Origin: Eledone cirrhosa | Taxonomy: Eukaryota | NCBI GenBank assembly: GCA_964016885.1 | Contig: OZ024761.1 | Location: forward strand, 11,718,001 to 11,782,000 | Length of the DNA stretch: 64,000 nt | Direction: 5' to 3' | In this document: one piece after another, positions 1-12,105 of the stretch | Numbering within the stretch: the stretch's first letter is position 1 | Layout of the letters: every line of letters starts with the position of its first letter | Translations under genes and position numbers: made by a program | The notes under the pieces: model-generated | What the model was told of the DNA's origin: nothing | Database searches by the model: none | Seen by the model: the letters and a program-made list of their open reading frames with translations, nothing else

Positions 1-99
1 AAGAAAGAAATTATCTTCCTTGTCTAAATTTGCACAAGATCTCTATCGTTAAGCCTAATTTAATTTGATAAGTTACAAGTTTACATTGTATTTGGCAAT

Positions 100-540
100 A
101 TTGGTAGAGGGTTGGGTGCCATGCTTTGCAACATAGATTCACGGCCCATTACGATCTAAGTTCAAATCACGCTGAGGTTAACTTTGTCTTTCATCCTTAC
201 GGGGTCGATAAAATAAAGTACCAGTAATGCACTGGGGTAATTGCTGGCCTTGTGCTTAAAGTGGAAACAATTATTGTATTAAATGAAAAACAGTCCATGA
301 CTTCAAGAGTAATTTTTAAAATAATGAAGGATTTAGAGAAATTGAATAAAAAACAAAATTTGGCATTATTAAGTTGGGTGCCTTGCAGTAAAGAGTTACG
401 CCCCTTTACGATCTGAGTTCAAATCCCGCAAGGTAAACTTTTCATCCTTACGGGGGGGGGGGGGGGGGTCAATAAAATAAAGTACCAGTAATGTACTGGA
501 ATAATTGCTGGCCTTGTGCCAAAAATGGAAACAGTTATTG
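100..540 (+). mobile_element. Two tRNA-derived SINEs (family S1; core resembles the Deu/Nin domain)
   Basis: B box GTTCAAATC plus tttcatccttacggggtcgataaaataaagtaccag and ttgctggccttgtgc. Domain assignment is from memory. Confidence 0.75.
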
Positions 541-955
541 AGTTAGTATTTGAAACAAAGCTTGGAAGGTTTTTAGACAAATATAAATACTTTTAACCTT
601 TTTTTTTACTGTATATCTAAGACTGCCTAGGATATTCAAATTATTTTTGAAAATCACCAGGAATTTTCAAGAGATTTAGTAATAAAAATAACTTTTTCAT
701 TACTCAAAGATTCTTACATAAAATATGAATTTTTATAAATATACACACTTTAAAACAAATAATTCTGTATAATAGAAGCTGTTTCAGGTAGTTTGGTAAT
801 ATCACAGAACCAGGTAAGTTTTTCTGGTGGCTTCATATAGAAAATGTTTAAACTGTTTTTATATTCTGATGTTAAAAATAATCACAGAAAAAGAAAAAAT
901 ATTATTTTTATTAAACTGACAATAAACATCTATTTTATATTTATCCAATTATTAA

Positions 956-2039
956 CCCTTTAGCATTTAAACTGGCCATAACCAACCCCTTATACTGACA
1001 TTAAGGTATTGTTCTCAAAATAAATAATATCAAAATCTCATAGATTCTATATTATGTGAGGTAAAGCCTTTACCATGAAAATATAATAGTATATATAGAG
1101 TAATGTAAATGTTATGTGAGATATTATGTGAGGTAAAGCCTTTACCATGAAAATACAATAGTATATATAGAGTAATGTAAATGGTATGCGAGATATTATG
1201 TGAGGTAAAGCCTTTACTGGGATAATACAATAGTATATAGAGTAATGTAAATGTTATGTGAGATATTATGTGAGGTAAAGCCTTTACCATGAAAATATAA
1301 TAGTATATATAGAGTAATGTAAATGTTATGTGAGATATTATGTGAGGTAAAGCCTTTACTGTGAAAATACAATAGTATATATAGAGTAATGTAAATGTTA
1401 TGTGAGATATTATGTGAGGTAAAGCCTTTACTATGAAAATACAATAGTATATAGAGTAATGTAAATGTTATGTGAGATATTATGTGAGGTAAAGCCTTTA
1501 CCATGAAAATATAATAGTATATATAGAGTAATGTAAATGTTATGTGAGATATTATGTGAGGTAAAGCCTTTACCATGAAAATATAATAGTATATATAGAG
1601 TAATGTAAATGTTATGTGAGATATTATGTGAGGTAAAGCCTTTACCATGAAAATACAATAGTATATATAGAGTAATGTAAATGTTATGTGAGATATTATG
1701 TGAGGTAAAGCCTTTACTGTGAAAATATAATAGTATATATAGAGTAATGTAAATGTTATGCGAGATATTATGTGAGGTAAAGCCTTTACCATGAAAATAT
1801 AATAGTATATATAGAGTAATGTAAATGTTATGTGAGGTAAAGCCTTTACCATGAAAATATAATAGTATATATAGAGTAATGTAAATGTTATGCGAGATAT
1901 TATGTGAGGTAAAGCCTTTACCATGAAAATATAATAGTATATATAGAGTAATGTAAATGTTATGCGAGATATTATGTGAGGTAAAGCCTTTACCATGAAA
2001 ATATAATAGTATATATAGAGTAATGTAAATGCTAAAGGG
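956..2039 (+). mobile_element. piggyBac-like MITE with an internal 72-bp tandem expansion
   Basis: TTAA on both flanks, TIRs CCCTTTAGCATTTA / TAAATGCTAAAGGG, about 13-14 internal copies of a 72-bp unit. Confidence 0.8.
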
Positions 2040-2170
2040 TTAAGTCACAACAAGTGTTTGGGCTGTTTTCTACAAATGCACCCCCCCACCATCCAGTGGG
2101 TATAATTATTTTATATAATATCACTATAGCATTTTTTCCTTATGTGTGTATGTTCTCTCCCTATTCAAAC

Positions 2171-2206
2171 TTTCCTGAAGAAGGACTTCTATCTGAAACG
2201 TTGAAA
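2171..2206 (+). ncRNA. Minimal type I hammerhead ribozyme motif (Penelope-like element type)
   Basis: tttc-CTGAAGA-agg(acttcta)tct-GAAA-CG-TT-gaaa: helix I tttc/gaaa, CUGANGA box, short helix II, GAAA box, palindromic AACGTT helix III. Confidence 0.5.
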
Positions 2207-2290
2207 CCTGCTCCATTTCCACCAAACGTGACTCTAATGTAACTGTAAAAATTGCTTCCTGTGTTTTGTTAGATTCATTTATCAACTATA

Positions 2291-2327
<37 letters not shown>

Positions 2328-2611
2328 GCATATAAATACATTTACATATATATATATATACACACACACATGTATGCATATAAATATATTTACACACACA
2401 CACACACACACACACATATATGCATATAAATATATTTACACACAAACACACACATATATATGATGATATATATATATATATATATATGTAAAACATTGTT
2501 ATATAATATATTGTTGCAACTGTAAAGGCCGCTCTGTTTTAAACAGTTTTTTTCTAAAGTGGAGGAATAAACATCAGCTTCTTCCATACACAGCTTCAAC
2601 AGGAGGGGGAA

Positions 2612-2763
2612 GTGTGTGTGTAGCTTATAATGGAATAGTCTGTGTGTGTAGCTTATAATGGAATAGTCTGTGTGTGTGTGTGTGTAGCTTATAATGGAAT
2701 AGTCTGTGTGTGTGTGTGTGTAGCTTATAATGGAATAGTCTGTGTGTGTAGCTTATAATGGAA

Positions 2764-2797
<34 letters not shown>

Positions 2798-3292
2798 CTT
2801 ATAATGGAATAGTGTGTGTGTAGCTTATAATGGAATAGCGTGTGTGTGTGTGTGTAGCTTATAATGGAATAGCGTGTGTGTGTGTGTGTGTAGCTTATAA
2901 TGGAATAGTGTGTGTGTGTGTGTAGCTTATAATGGAATAGCGTGTGTGTGTGTGTGTAGCTTATAATGGAATAGTGTGTGTGTGTGTGTGTAGCTTATAA
3001 TGGAATAGTGTGTGTGTGTGTGTAGCTTATGGAATAGTCTGTGTGTGTGTGTGTAGCTTATAATGGAATAGTGTGTGCATGTGTGTAACTTATAATAGAA
3101 TAGTCTGTGTGTGTGTAGCTTATAATGGAATAGTGTGTGTGTGTGTATATGTGTAGCTTATAATGGAATAGTGTGTGTGTGCGTGTAGCTTATAATGGAA
3201 TAGTGTGTGTGTGTGTGTGTGTGTGCATATGGCTGGCATTGGCTTCTGATCAAATAGTGTGTGTTCATGTGTGTGTAGCTTATAATGGAATA

Positions 3293-3335
<43 letters not shown>
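2612..3335. repeat. Minisatellite: constant agcttataatggaatag core with variable (TG)n
   Basis: About 19-20 cores read directly from the sequence. Confidence 0.9.
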
Positions 3336-3337
<2 letters not shown>

Positions 3338-3934
3338 GCTGGTGTTTACAATCGAAGTGTGTGTGTGAGCAACTTGTAGTGCTACAGTAGAGAGAGGGGC
3401 AGTGTAGGGTAGACTAGGCCAGGCTAGGCACAGTCAATACAAATAACATCAATGCTAATCAACCATATTGATATTGTAGTTTAAACAAACTTTATTTGTA
3501 TTTTTTTTCTATTTTTCTATTAATTTTACTCTTAATATCCTGTACCACATGAAACCACATTAGTAAGACATTCTTAAAAAGTACGAAACTGCATTATGGC
3601 TGCATCACATTAAATATTAAAGTCTTTTACTCTAATACTGTAAATTTTCACAATGATCTGTCCAATAGTAAACATACTATCAAACTCTTAACTAAAAAAC
3701 TACATTCTTTAAAAAAATATTAAACATTACTATGACTACATCACATTAAATATTGAAGTCTTTACTGAAAATGTTCACAACAATCTGTCCACTAGTAAAG
3801 ATAGTATACATATTTATACTATTATCATTATTTTATAAATATAAACACATTGATATAAACAGCTTCGTATTGTAGGACCCTTTGGTTGTGCCAAAGATAA
3901 TTCAACCTCCCTAGTGCTGGTACCACAAAATATA

Positions 3935-4085
3935 CCATACTTCCCGGCACCGAAGGCGCACCCTAATTTTGACAACCAAAAATTTGAAAAAAAACAACAA
4001 ACAACCTTTGGCCTCCAGGTCACATTGTAGATTTTTGAGACTTATTTTATGAAAAAAGTAGGGTCTTCGATGCCGGGAAATACGG
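3935..4085. mobile_element. Tc1/mariner-superfamily (Tc2/pogo-like) MITE
   Basis: TA flanks, imperfect TIRs CCATACTTCCCGGCACCGAAG / CTTCGATGCCGGGAAATACGG. Confidence 0.65.
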
Positions 4086-4205
4086 TACTTTGTGGAGTGC
4101 AGGAACATGGAAATATAGGCTCAAGGTTTGTCAGAGAGGTCAGTAGCTCTGCTTGAGTACTGACTCGGTCAGAGAGACCCAGTCACTAGGGAAAATGGAC
4201 ATTAA

Positions 4206-4492
4206 CTCTTTAGCATTCAAGCCAGGCCATATCTGGTTAAAATTCTCTCACATCTTTCCGTTTAAACCGGCTGTAACCAGCTGCTCATACTGATGTTATG
4301 GTATCGTTCTCAAAATAAATAATATCAAAATCTCTAGATTCAATATTAGGTGAGATATGATGTGAGGTAAAGCCTTTACTGTGAAAATATAATAATATAT
4401 ATATAGAGTAAGGTAAATGTTACTTGATATAGTTATGTGAGATTACCACGAAAATACAATAGTAAATATAGAGTAATGTAAATGTTAATGGG
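4206..4492 (+). mobile_element. piggyBac-like MITE, same family
   Basis: TTAA flanks, degenerate TIRs, internal sequence shared with 956-2039. Confidence 0.7.
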
Positions 4493-4787
4493 TTAAATGA
4501 TGTTGATGATGATGATAGACACAGACTAGAGAAGTCAAGAGTAGACTTCTGAAAAGCCAACTGTATATAACAACAAAGTTCTAACATAGATATTGCATCA
4601 GGCAAATGATTCTGTGTAATGTGAAGATCAAACTTGTGTCATGATAAAATGTACTCGGTAGAGCATGGGACTATGTGTAAGGGAGTCACAGAGCCCCGAC
4701 CTATCTGTGAGGTCAGGAGCCCCACTTGAGTACTGACTTGGCTTTGTGAAGATCTCTCCAACCCTTGATAGCAGGGAAAACAGAGAT

Positions 4788-4890
<103 letters not shown>

Positions 4891-5130
4891 GAGAAAGAAA
4901 GAGAGAGAAAGAAAGAGAGAGAGAGAGAGAAAGAAAGAGAGAAAGTGTGTATACACACACCTGCTGCGGTATATTGTAATTAACCTACTGAACTAATGTA
5001 AATAGACTGAAGAATGAAATAATAGTCTTAAGACTCAAGTATTACAACCACATTGGAGTAATTGACAATGTTATTTATAATGAATATGGCTGGTGTTGGA
5101 GAAGAGAGAGAGACAGAGAGAGAGAGAAAT

Positions 5131-5380
5131 ATCATCATCATCATCGTTTAACATCCATCTTCCACGCTAGCATGGGTTAGACGGGAATTGTCCCACTTGA
5201 GGCAAGGTTGGTCGGGTGACCGTGTCTCGCTCGTATAGGACTATCTGGCAGGTTTTCTACGGCTGGATGCCCTTCCTAACACCAACCACGTTTACAGTGT
5301 GGACTGGGAGCCTTTTTACCGTGTTACCTACGCGGCCACATTACAGTGTGGACTGTGTGTTTTTTGTCGTGGCACCTACA
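5131..5380 (-). mobile_element. SINE S2-related 3' part
   Basis: (CAT)n tail then ggatgcccttcctaacaccaacc, the reverse complement of the S2 tail. Confidence 0.65.
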
Positions 5381-5577
5381 AATAATAATACTACTAATAG
5401 TATCTATTAATAAGTATGTGTGTGTGTGTGTATTGTTGGAATGGAAGGGGCTTTGTCATGACGTTTTGGATATTCTAAAACTTGAGTAGCTCATCCTCTC
5501 TCAAGGTCTGAACTTAGGTGATTTCTTCCTGAGAGAGAAGGATATATATATATATATAGATAGATAGATAGATACAA

Positions 5578-5690
5578 AGAGGGTGTGGTAAGATACCAGG
5601 TGGACCATAATGCACCAGAGTACTCAATACTGAGTTCGGATCTAGTTATTGAAACGGCCGGAGCTCAGCCATCGAGGTCCTGGCTCTTTT

Positions 5691-5695
<5 letters not shown>
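5578..5695 (+). mobile_element. Family H2 copy with a single arm
   Basis: gtggtaag..accaggtggaccataatgcacca.agtactcaatac...gaaacggc..gagctcagcc; lies in (TA)n. Confidence 0.55.
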
Positions 5696-5743
<48 letters not shown>

Positions 5744-5896
5744 AGAGACAGAGAGAGCAAAAGACTCAGCAGAGATAATTAATTCAATGACCAAGTTCAG
5801 ATTATCAGTTGTTTAACATTTCTTTCATTTCACCCTTAAATAAAAGGGCAGTGTCTTTCATTAGAGATGTAGTAATGAAAGGGTTAAAGTGTTTAA

Positions 5897-6078
5897 ACCT
5901 TTACCATTTACATTACTCTATATATATACTATTTTATTTTCATGGTATCAAATCTATGAGATTTTGATATTTATTTTAAGAACAATACCATAACACCTGT
6001 ATGCGTGGCTGGTTACAATTTGAACAGAAAGAGGTGAGAGAATTTTGGGTGGATATGGCCAGTTTAAATGCTAAAGGG
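5897..6078 (-). mobile_element. piggyBac-like MITE, inverted copy
   Basis: TTAA flanks, ends TAAATGCTAAAGGG, reverse complement of the family. Confidence 0.7.
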
Positions 6079-6144
6079 TTAAACAATCTCATCATAATTT
6101 TATCTAGGAACTTTTGTTAAGTTGTGGTTCAAACACCAGTTTAA

Positions 6145-6308
6145 CCCTTTAGCATTTAAACCGACCGCATAGATTCGATATTATGTGAGGTAAAGCCTTT
6201 ACTACAAAAATACAGTAGTATATATAGAGTAATGTAAATGTTATGCGAGGTAAAGCCTTTACCACAAAAATACAACAGTATATACAGAGTAATGTAAATG
6301 GTAAAGGT
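6145..6308 (+). mobile_element. piggyBac-like MITE, internally deleted copy
   Basis: ttaa-CCCTTTAGCATTTA ... AAATGGTAAAGGT-ttaa. Confidence 0.7.
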
Positions 6309-7577
6309 TTAACATTGAGAAAGTTGGTTATATTACTAAAGATCCTTGATTATTTGATCATTTTCAATATTCGTAGTTAGTGTCTTCCACTACAAATATG
6401 GTTAACAAAACAACTGGAGCACACAGTTTAACGTGATCAGTGAGAAAAGAATTTTCAATGAAAGACTGAACTGATAGGGAAGGAGGGGGTGGTTGTGGAG
6501 AGGAGGTGGAGGACTGCTAACAGGCAGAGACAGCAACAACTAGGAAAAGGTGCAGCATTTGATTCAGAAGTGTGACAAACTTGCAACTTTCAGTCACAAT
6601 ATTCCAGCATTTCTATGTAAGGGAGAGAGTGAGAGTGTGTGTGTGTGTGGAAGGGAAAGAGAGAATAGGAGAGAGAGAAGAAGGGAGAGATAGAGATGGA
6701 GAATGAGATGAAGGCAGAGAATAGGAGAGAGAGGGATAAGAGGGGCAAGGAGAGGAATATAGGGGACAGAGGGGGGTGGGGTTAAAATGCCTGCTGCTTC
6801 ACAGATATGATGAATTTTTTTAGAAAATGAGAAGAGGGATTTTCTAGCTTACAAATTAATTGCCAGAGTTAACTGAAAGATTTTGTTTGTGGGTATGGGC
6901 TGTGTATGGTGTATGTATGTGTGTGGTGTGTGTATGTGGTTAGTATGTGTGTGAGCATATGGTGAGTGTGCATGTGTACGCATGTGTGAGTGTGGTGAGT
7001 GTGTGTGAAATTCCATTATCTTATATAAATATTTTCCTTATAAGGAGATAAAACCAAAAACAACAAAACAAAAGCCCTATATTCAAGATATATTGAACTC
7101 CAAAACAAAATAACCTACATGATAGGTTATTTTGTTCACAACTAATCAACTATGAATCAAGATCTCTCTCTCCTGCTTCACAAATGATGAGAGAAACTGG
7201 GGAAGAAACCACACACACACACACACGCTTGTGGCAAGAAGGGACAGATTTTCTGTCAAAACAAACATTATTAGAAGCACTGCAGCTTTATTTCATCTGT
7301 TCCACTGTATTGACATTTCAAGGTCATGTAATGTAGAAAGAAAGGGGGAGGAAAGGAGAAGGTGAGGAAAGGTGGGGGGGGGGGGGCTGGAAGAGAATGA
7401 GAGATAAAGAGGGAAGGACGAGAGAGAGGGAGGAGGGGCTGGAAAAGAGAGAGAGAGAGAAGAGGCAGCAGAGATGATAAGATACAGTAATATTTAAAAG
7501 TACACAGTGAAGAATTATATTCTGTGGATAAGATAGATCTTATGGTTGCTATTTTATACACAGAAATATACATACAT

Positions 7578-7632
<55 letters not shown>

Positions 7633-7879
7633 AATGGATTGACCAATGCCTTGTGAGTGAAATTTGATGGACACAAATTGTGCAGAAGCCCATTGTGTGT
7701 GTGCATACACACACATTTATGTGTGTGTACACACACACACACGTGTGTGTGTTTGTGTTTATTGTCCCGTTAGCAGTTCAAAAAAATATTCACAAATTTG
7801 GAAATATAACTTTATGATTATTAAGCTGGGTGTCTGGAACACAAATTAACAAAAGTTCTTACATAAAATTATGTTGGAA

Positions 7880-8740
7880 GGTTTCTAGGTAAAATATAAA
7901 CACCTGAACACTTTGGGCAGTAACAGAGAGAAGGATTCAGGCGTTTGAGGACAAATGCATGAGAATGACTTCGGAAACATTTTTTCACGCTCAGAGTTAC
8001 TGAAGCATGGAACAAACTGCCTGCATCAGTTGTTAGCTGCCAAGACACAGCATCCTTTAAAACCTCCATGGAACAAACTACCTGCATCAGTTGTTAGCTG
8101 CCGAGACACAGCATCCTTTAAAACCTCCATGGAACAAACTACCTGCATCAGTTGTTAGCTGCCGAGACACAGCATCCTTTAAAACCTCCATGGAACAAAC
8201 TACCTGCGTCAGTTGTTAGCTGCCGAGACACAGCATCCTTTAAAACCTCCATGGAACAAACTACCTGCATCAGTTGTTAGCTGCCGAGACACAGCATCCT
8301 TTAAAACCTCCATGGAACAAACTGCTTGCATCAGTTGTTAGCTGCCGAGACACAGCATCCTTTAAAACCTCCATGGAACAAACTACCTGCGTCAGTTGTT
8401 AGCTGCCGAGACACAGCATCCTTTAAAACCTCCATGGAACAAACTGCCTGCATCAGTTGTTAGCTGCCGAGACACAGCATCCTTTAAAACCTCCATGGAA
8501 CAAACTGCCTACATCAGTTGTTAGCTGCCGAGACACTGCATCCTTTAAAACCCTCATGCTTCCCGAAATTCGCCAAAACTACACCTGATGTACCCCATGT
8601 GTATATCATGTCTCATGCACTGTTCATTTGCCTGACGTTTGTACATTACCCTATGTACTATACATACACTTTTGATGAGTTGTAGAGCAGCTGAGCACTG
8701 TACACAATATTTCATTATTATCATTATTATACAAAACTCT
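7880..8740 (+). mobile_element. CR1-group LINE 3' end with an internal 61-bp tandem array
   Basis: Translates RKHFFTLRVTEAWNKLPASVVSCQDTASFK, a typical CR1-like ORF2 C-terminus. About 9 copies of the unit at ~8005-8552; (ATT)n-like tail. Confidence 0.75.
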
Positions 8741-8759
8741 TTCATATTTCCTATTTGGA

Positions 8760-9082
8760 ATGTAAAAACCAATGAATATGTGTGGAGAAAGGTTGAAGGT
8801 TTTGTGGATCACCAGGAACTCCTCCTTGCCACTGTCAAAAGGAGGAAACTGGCGTAGTTTGGCCACGTCACACGACATGACAGCCTGTGTGAAAATCATC
8901 ATGTAAGGCACCATTGAAGGTGGACGCAGGAGATGACGCTAATGCAAAAACTGGTTGGGCAATGTTGAAGAATGGACGCACATGACTACAGATTTGCTGA
9001 TAGACTATTTTGAATGAGGGCTGTTTCTGCATTCAGATCTCCCCGACGACTACAGAAGTCAAGGGACTGATGATGATGATGA
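8760..9082 (+). mobile_element. RTE-type LINE 3' fragment
   Basis: Degenerate LLATVKRRKLA*FGHVTRHDSL..GTIEGGRRR..W motif; (GAT)n tail. Confidence 0.75.
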
Positions 9083-9239
9083 TACACCTTGAAACAAGTA
9101 GTTCTGTTGTCATAGGACCAAGGCCAGTTTCCAGTAGTAAAAGGGTTGAAATGTTTGTTGTTGTTGATGACAACGAATGATTGATTGATTAGGTACTAGT
9201 ACTTATGTTGATGCTGATGTTCACCCAGCATGAGTTGAG

Positions 9240-9636
9240 TCGGCTTTCACATGGCGTGGCTTAAGCTGGCTTTTTTTCACATGGCGTGGCTTAAGCTGGC
9301 TTTTTTTCACATGGCGTGGCTTAAGCTGGCTTTTTTTCACATGGCGTGGCTTAAGCTGGCTTTTTTTCACATGGCGTGGCTTAAGCTGGCTTTTTTCACA
9401 TGGTGTGGGTTGAGCTGGCTTTTTTCACATGGTGTGGGTTGAGCTGGCTTTTTTCACATGGCATTGGTTGAGCCTGCTTTCACATGGCGTGGGTTGAGCT
9501 GGCTTTCACATGGCAAGGGTTGAGCTGGCTTTCACATGTCAAGGGTTGAGCCTGCTTTCACATGTCAAGGGTTGAGCCTGCTTTCACATGTCAAGGGTTG
9601 AGCCTGCTTTCACATGGCTTGGGTTGAGCCTGCTTT
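9240..9636. repeat. Minisatellite, 30-bp unit grading into a 25-bp unit
   Basis: tttttttcacatggcgtggcttaagctggc changing to tttcacatgtcaagggttgagcctgc. Confidence 0.9.
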
Positions 9637-9890
9637 TACCCAGCGAAAAACAGCCAGTGGTACACATTGCATTAGTCACTCTACCCCATGAAGTTCTTGC
9701 ATCAAACATGCTACCCTCATCCTTTCGATTTGGCAGAGAAAGATAGTAATGATGGAAGCGAGGACATGATAGGTGTCAACATTGGCTGACATACAAACAG
9801 ATACAGTTCAGTGAATGAGTGCTATTTAGTTAGATCGAGGACTGTACTTGTAGAAACTGTTGCCTGGCAAATAATGGCCAGCCAGTGACC

Positions 9891-9976
9891 TCACACTGCT
9901 GTTGATAAACCAGAAATAGATTCTTGACCAAAACTATTACCAAATATTGCAGCTGATACAAGCACTTTTACTAAAT
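9891..9976 (-). CDS. Candidate terminal coding exon of an unknown minus-strand gene ((D)LVKVLVSAAIFGNSFGQESISGLSTAV*)
   Basis: Acceptor gtgtatgtgcAG, phase-1 start compatible with exon 13837-13932, open to TGA, in non-repetitive sequence. No homologue recognised. Confidence 0.42.
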
Positions 9977-10205
9977 CTGCACATACACACACACACACTC
10001 ACAAAGTCACACTAATGGCAAATAATTGACTTAGACATACACACATTCATACAAAACAAATCCTTAACCCTTTCATGACATTTTTAATATTAAAGACACT
10101 GCCAAATACTTTCACATCATTTTTGAAAATAATCAAGAATTTGGAAGGAAGATTTATCAGAGTTTCCCTAAAAAAAGTGAAAGAAAGTACAAAGAAATAC
10201 CATAA

Positions 10206-10413
10206 CCCTTTAGCATTTAAACTGGCCACATCCGGCCAGAATTCTCTCATCTCTTTCTGTTCAAACTGGCCATAACCGACCGCTCATACTGATGTTAAGG
10301 TATTGTTCTCAAAATAAATAACATCAAAATCTCATAGACTCGATATTATGTGAGGTAAAATGTGTACCACAAAAATACAATAATATATATAAAGTAATGT
10401 AAATACTAAAGGG
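10206..10413 (+). mobile_element. piggyBac-like MITE, unexpanded ~208-bp copy
   Basis: ataa-CCCTTTAGCATTTA ... TAAATACTAAAGGG-ttaa, with a single copy of the unit amplified at 1050-2030. Confidence 0.75.
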
Positions 10414-10594
10414 TTAAATTGTGTTTAAATAGACAACAATTGGAATAGATTTGACCCTAACACTTTAACTGTTGATGTATTCAACAATTTATCCCACATG
10501 TTTTAAATACTTTATAAAATATAAATACAATTTTTCATTACACACATCAGTTTTAAATAATGTATTTTAATATAAGGACAAACTCTAAATAACT

Positions 10595-10765
10595 TAGGCA
10601 CAAGGCCAGCAAATTGTTTGTTTAAGAAAAAGTTAATTATATCGATCCCAAACTAAACTGGTACTATATTTTATTGACCCTGAATAAATGAAAGACTAGG
10701 TGAAATTTGAACTCAGAAGAAATATCCTCGCCCGACATTCTAACGATTCTGACAATTTACCGAAA
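10595..10765 (-). mobile_element. SINE S1, degenerate
   Basis: ggcacaaggccagcaa...tttattgaccc...atttgaactcag. Confidence 0.6.
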
Positions 10766-11295
10766 AGATTTTTTTTCTTTCTAATTGTAAGAACTTGCCT
10801 CACAATATTTCAATGTGGAAATATAGGATTTACCTCCCTTGTCTAAAAATGCACTCTTAACATCGATCTTTACCTGGTAAGCAGTAGTAGTAGCAGTAGT
10901 AGTAGTAGTAGTAGTATTTTCAGCAGCACTATACTAATGGAACTAAAATAACTGCTGCTTTTTGTTATCTATGAACTATATAACCACTATACAACAGCTA
11001 GATATTAATTGCCTAACAAAAGCTTATGTGAACTAAAAGAAAAGCTAATACATTATTTACTATTTACAATGACAAAAACAACCAACAACTTGGGATTTCA
11101 GCAATAAAAAAACAACAAACATCTCCAAAGTGAATAGAATTTACCTAAGTGGCTAACAAAGTTTTCCTAATCAAAACCACATTTAATTGTCAATATACTT
11201 TTACAGAGTATTTTTATCGTGTGTGGTGTACCACGGAATCCACCGACTCTTCAGACTTTGATTCACCAGATACTACATTACTAACAATTAATGTT

Positions 11296-11440
11296 TAAAC
11301 CCTTTCATTACCATATTTCTAATGAAAGACACTGTCTATGTCATTAACCCTTTCATTACCATATTTCTAAAGAAAGACACTGTCTATGCCATTAACCCTT
11401 TCATTAGCATATTTCTAATGAAAGATACTGTCTATGATTT
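11296..11440 (+). repeat. Three tandem copies of a piggyBac-like terminus (ttaaccctttcattaccatatttc...)
   Basis: ~48-bp unit x3; related termini near 5870-5887, 10065 and 38315. Confidence 0.55.
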
Positions 11441-11443
11441 TCA

Positions 11444-11660
11444 CATCATCATTGTCTTCATTGCCCACTTATTCCCAAGAAGGTCTTGGGACAAAGTATT
11501 CAAACATGCTTTTCAGCAGGTCCTGTCAGAAACAACTGTCTCCATTTGATCTGGCTGGATCCCAAAGCAAGACCAGCTGAGCTCAGGGATGTTAGCTAAC
11601 CATTTTGTTCAGGGTTTGCCCCTGGGTCTCCTGCCATTTGGTTTTGCTCGTAAAATCTGT
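11444..11660 (-). mobile_element. RTE-like LINE 3' fragment
   Basis: Minus strand reads AKPNGRRPRGKP*TKW, followed by a (GAT)n tail. Confidence 0.45.
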
Positions 11661-11899
11661 CCAAGTAATTTTGAAAACAATCAAGAGTTGTAGAGAATTA
11701 ATAAATAACTGCTGTTTGGAAAATAATGTAAATGTTCTTATATAAAATTATGGAGATTTTTCAGATAAATATAAACAGCTTTGTATCATAGGCACCAGGG
11801 TCAGTTTCAGGGGGTTAATCTTACATCATACACTGTATCTTTGCAACTCCTGAGGGTGGCTACTCTGCCATGATAGGAGTGAGTAGAGAGGTGATCTGG

Positions 11900-12105
11900 G
11901 GACCAAAAACACCAGAAGTCTCCACTGCTATATATTCAGGGACCCGGGACACCAGGGGTCTCCATTGCTATAGTTTCAGAGACCCAAGACACCAGAAGTT
12001 TCCACTGCTATATATTCAGGGACCCAGGACACCAGGGGTCTCCATTGCTATAGTTTCAGGGACCCAAGACGAGACACCAGAGGTCTTGACTGCTATAGTT
12101 AGAAA
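11900..12105. repeat. Short minisatellite, alternating ~37-39-bp units
   Basis: gaccc..gacaccag..gtctcca.tgctata x5. Confidence 0.8.

Noticed and set aside
1030-1996. Repetitive hydrophobic ORFs (MVKALPHIISH...)
   Set aside because: Translation of the 72-bp MITE-internal repeat.
5005-5030. Hammerhead-like CTGAAGA..GAAA
   Set aside because: Only 2 nt between the boxes, so helix II cannot form.
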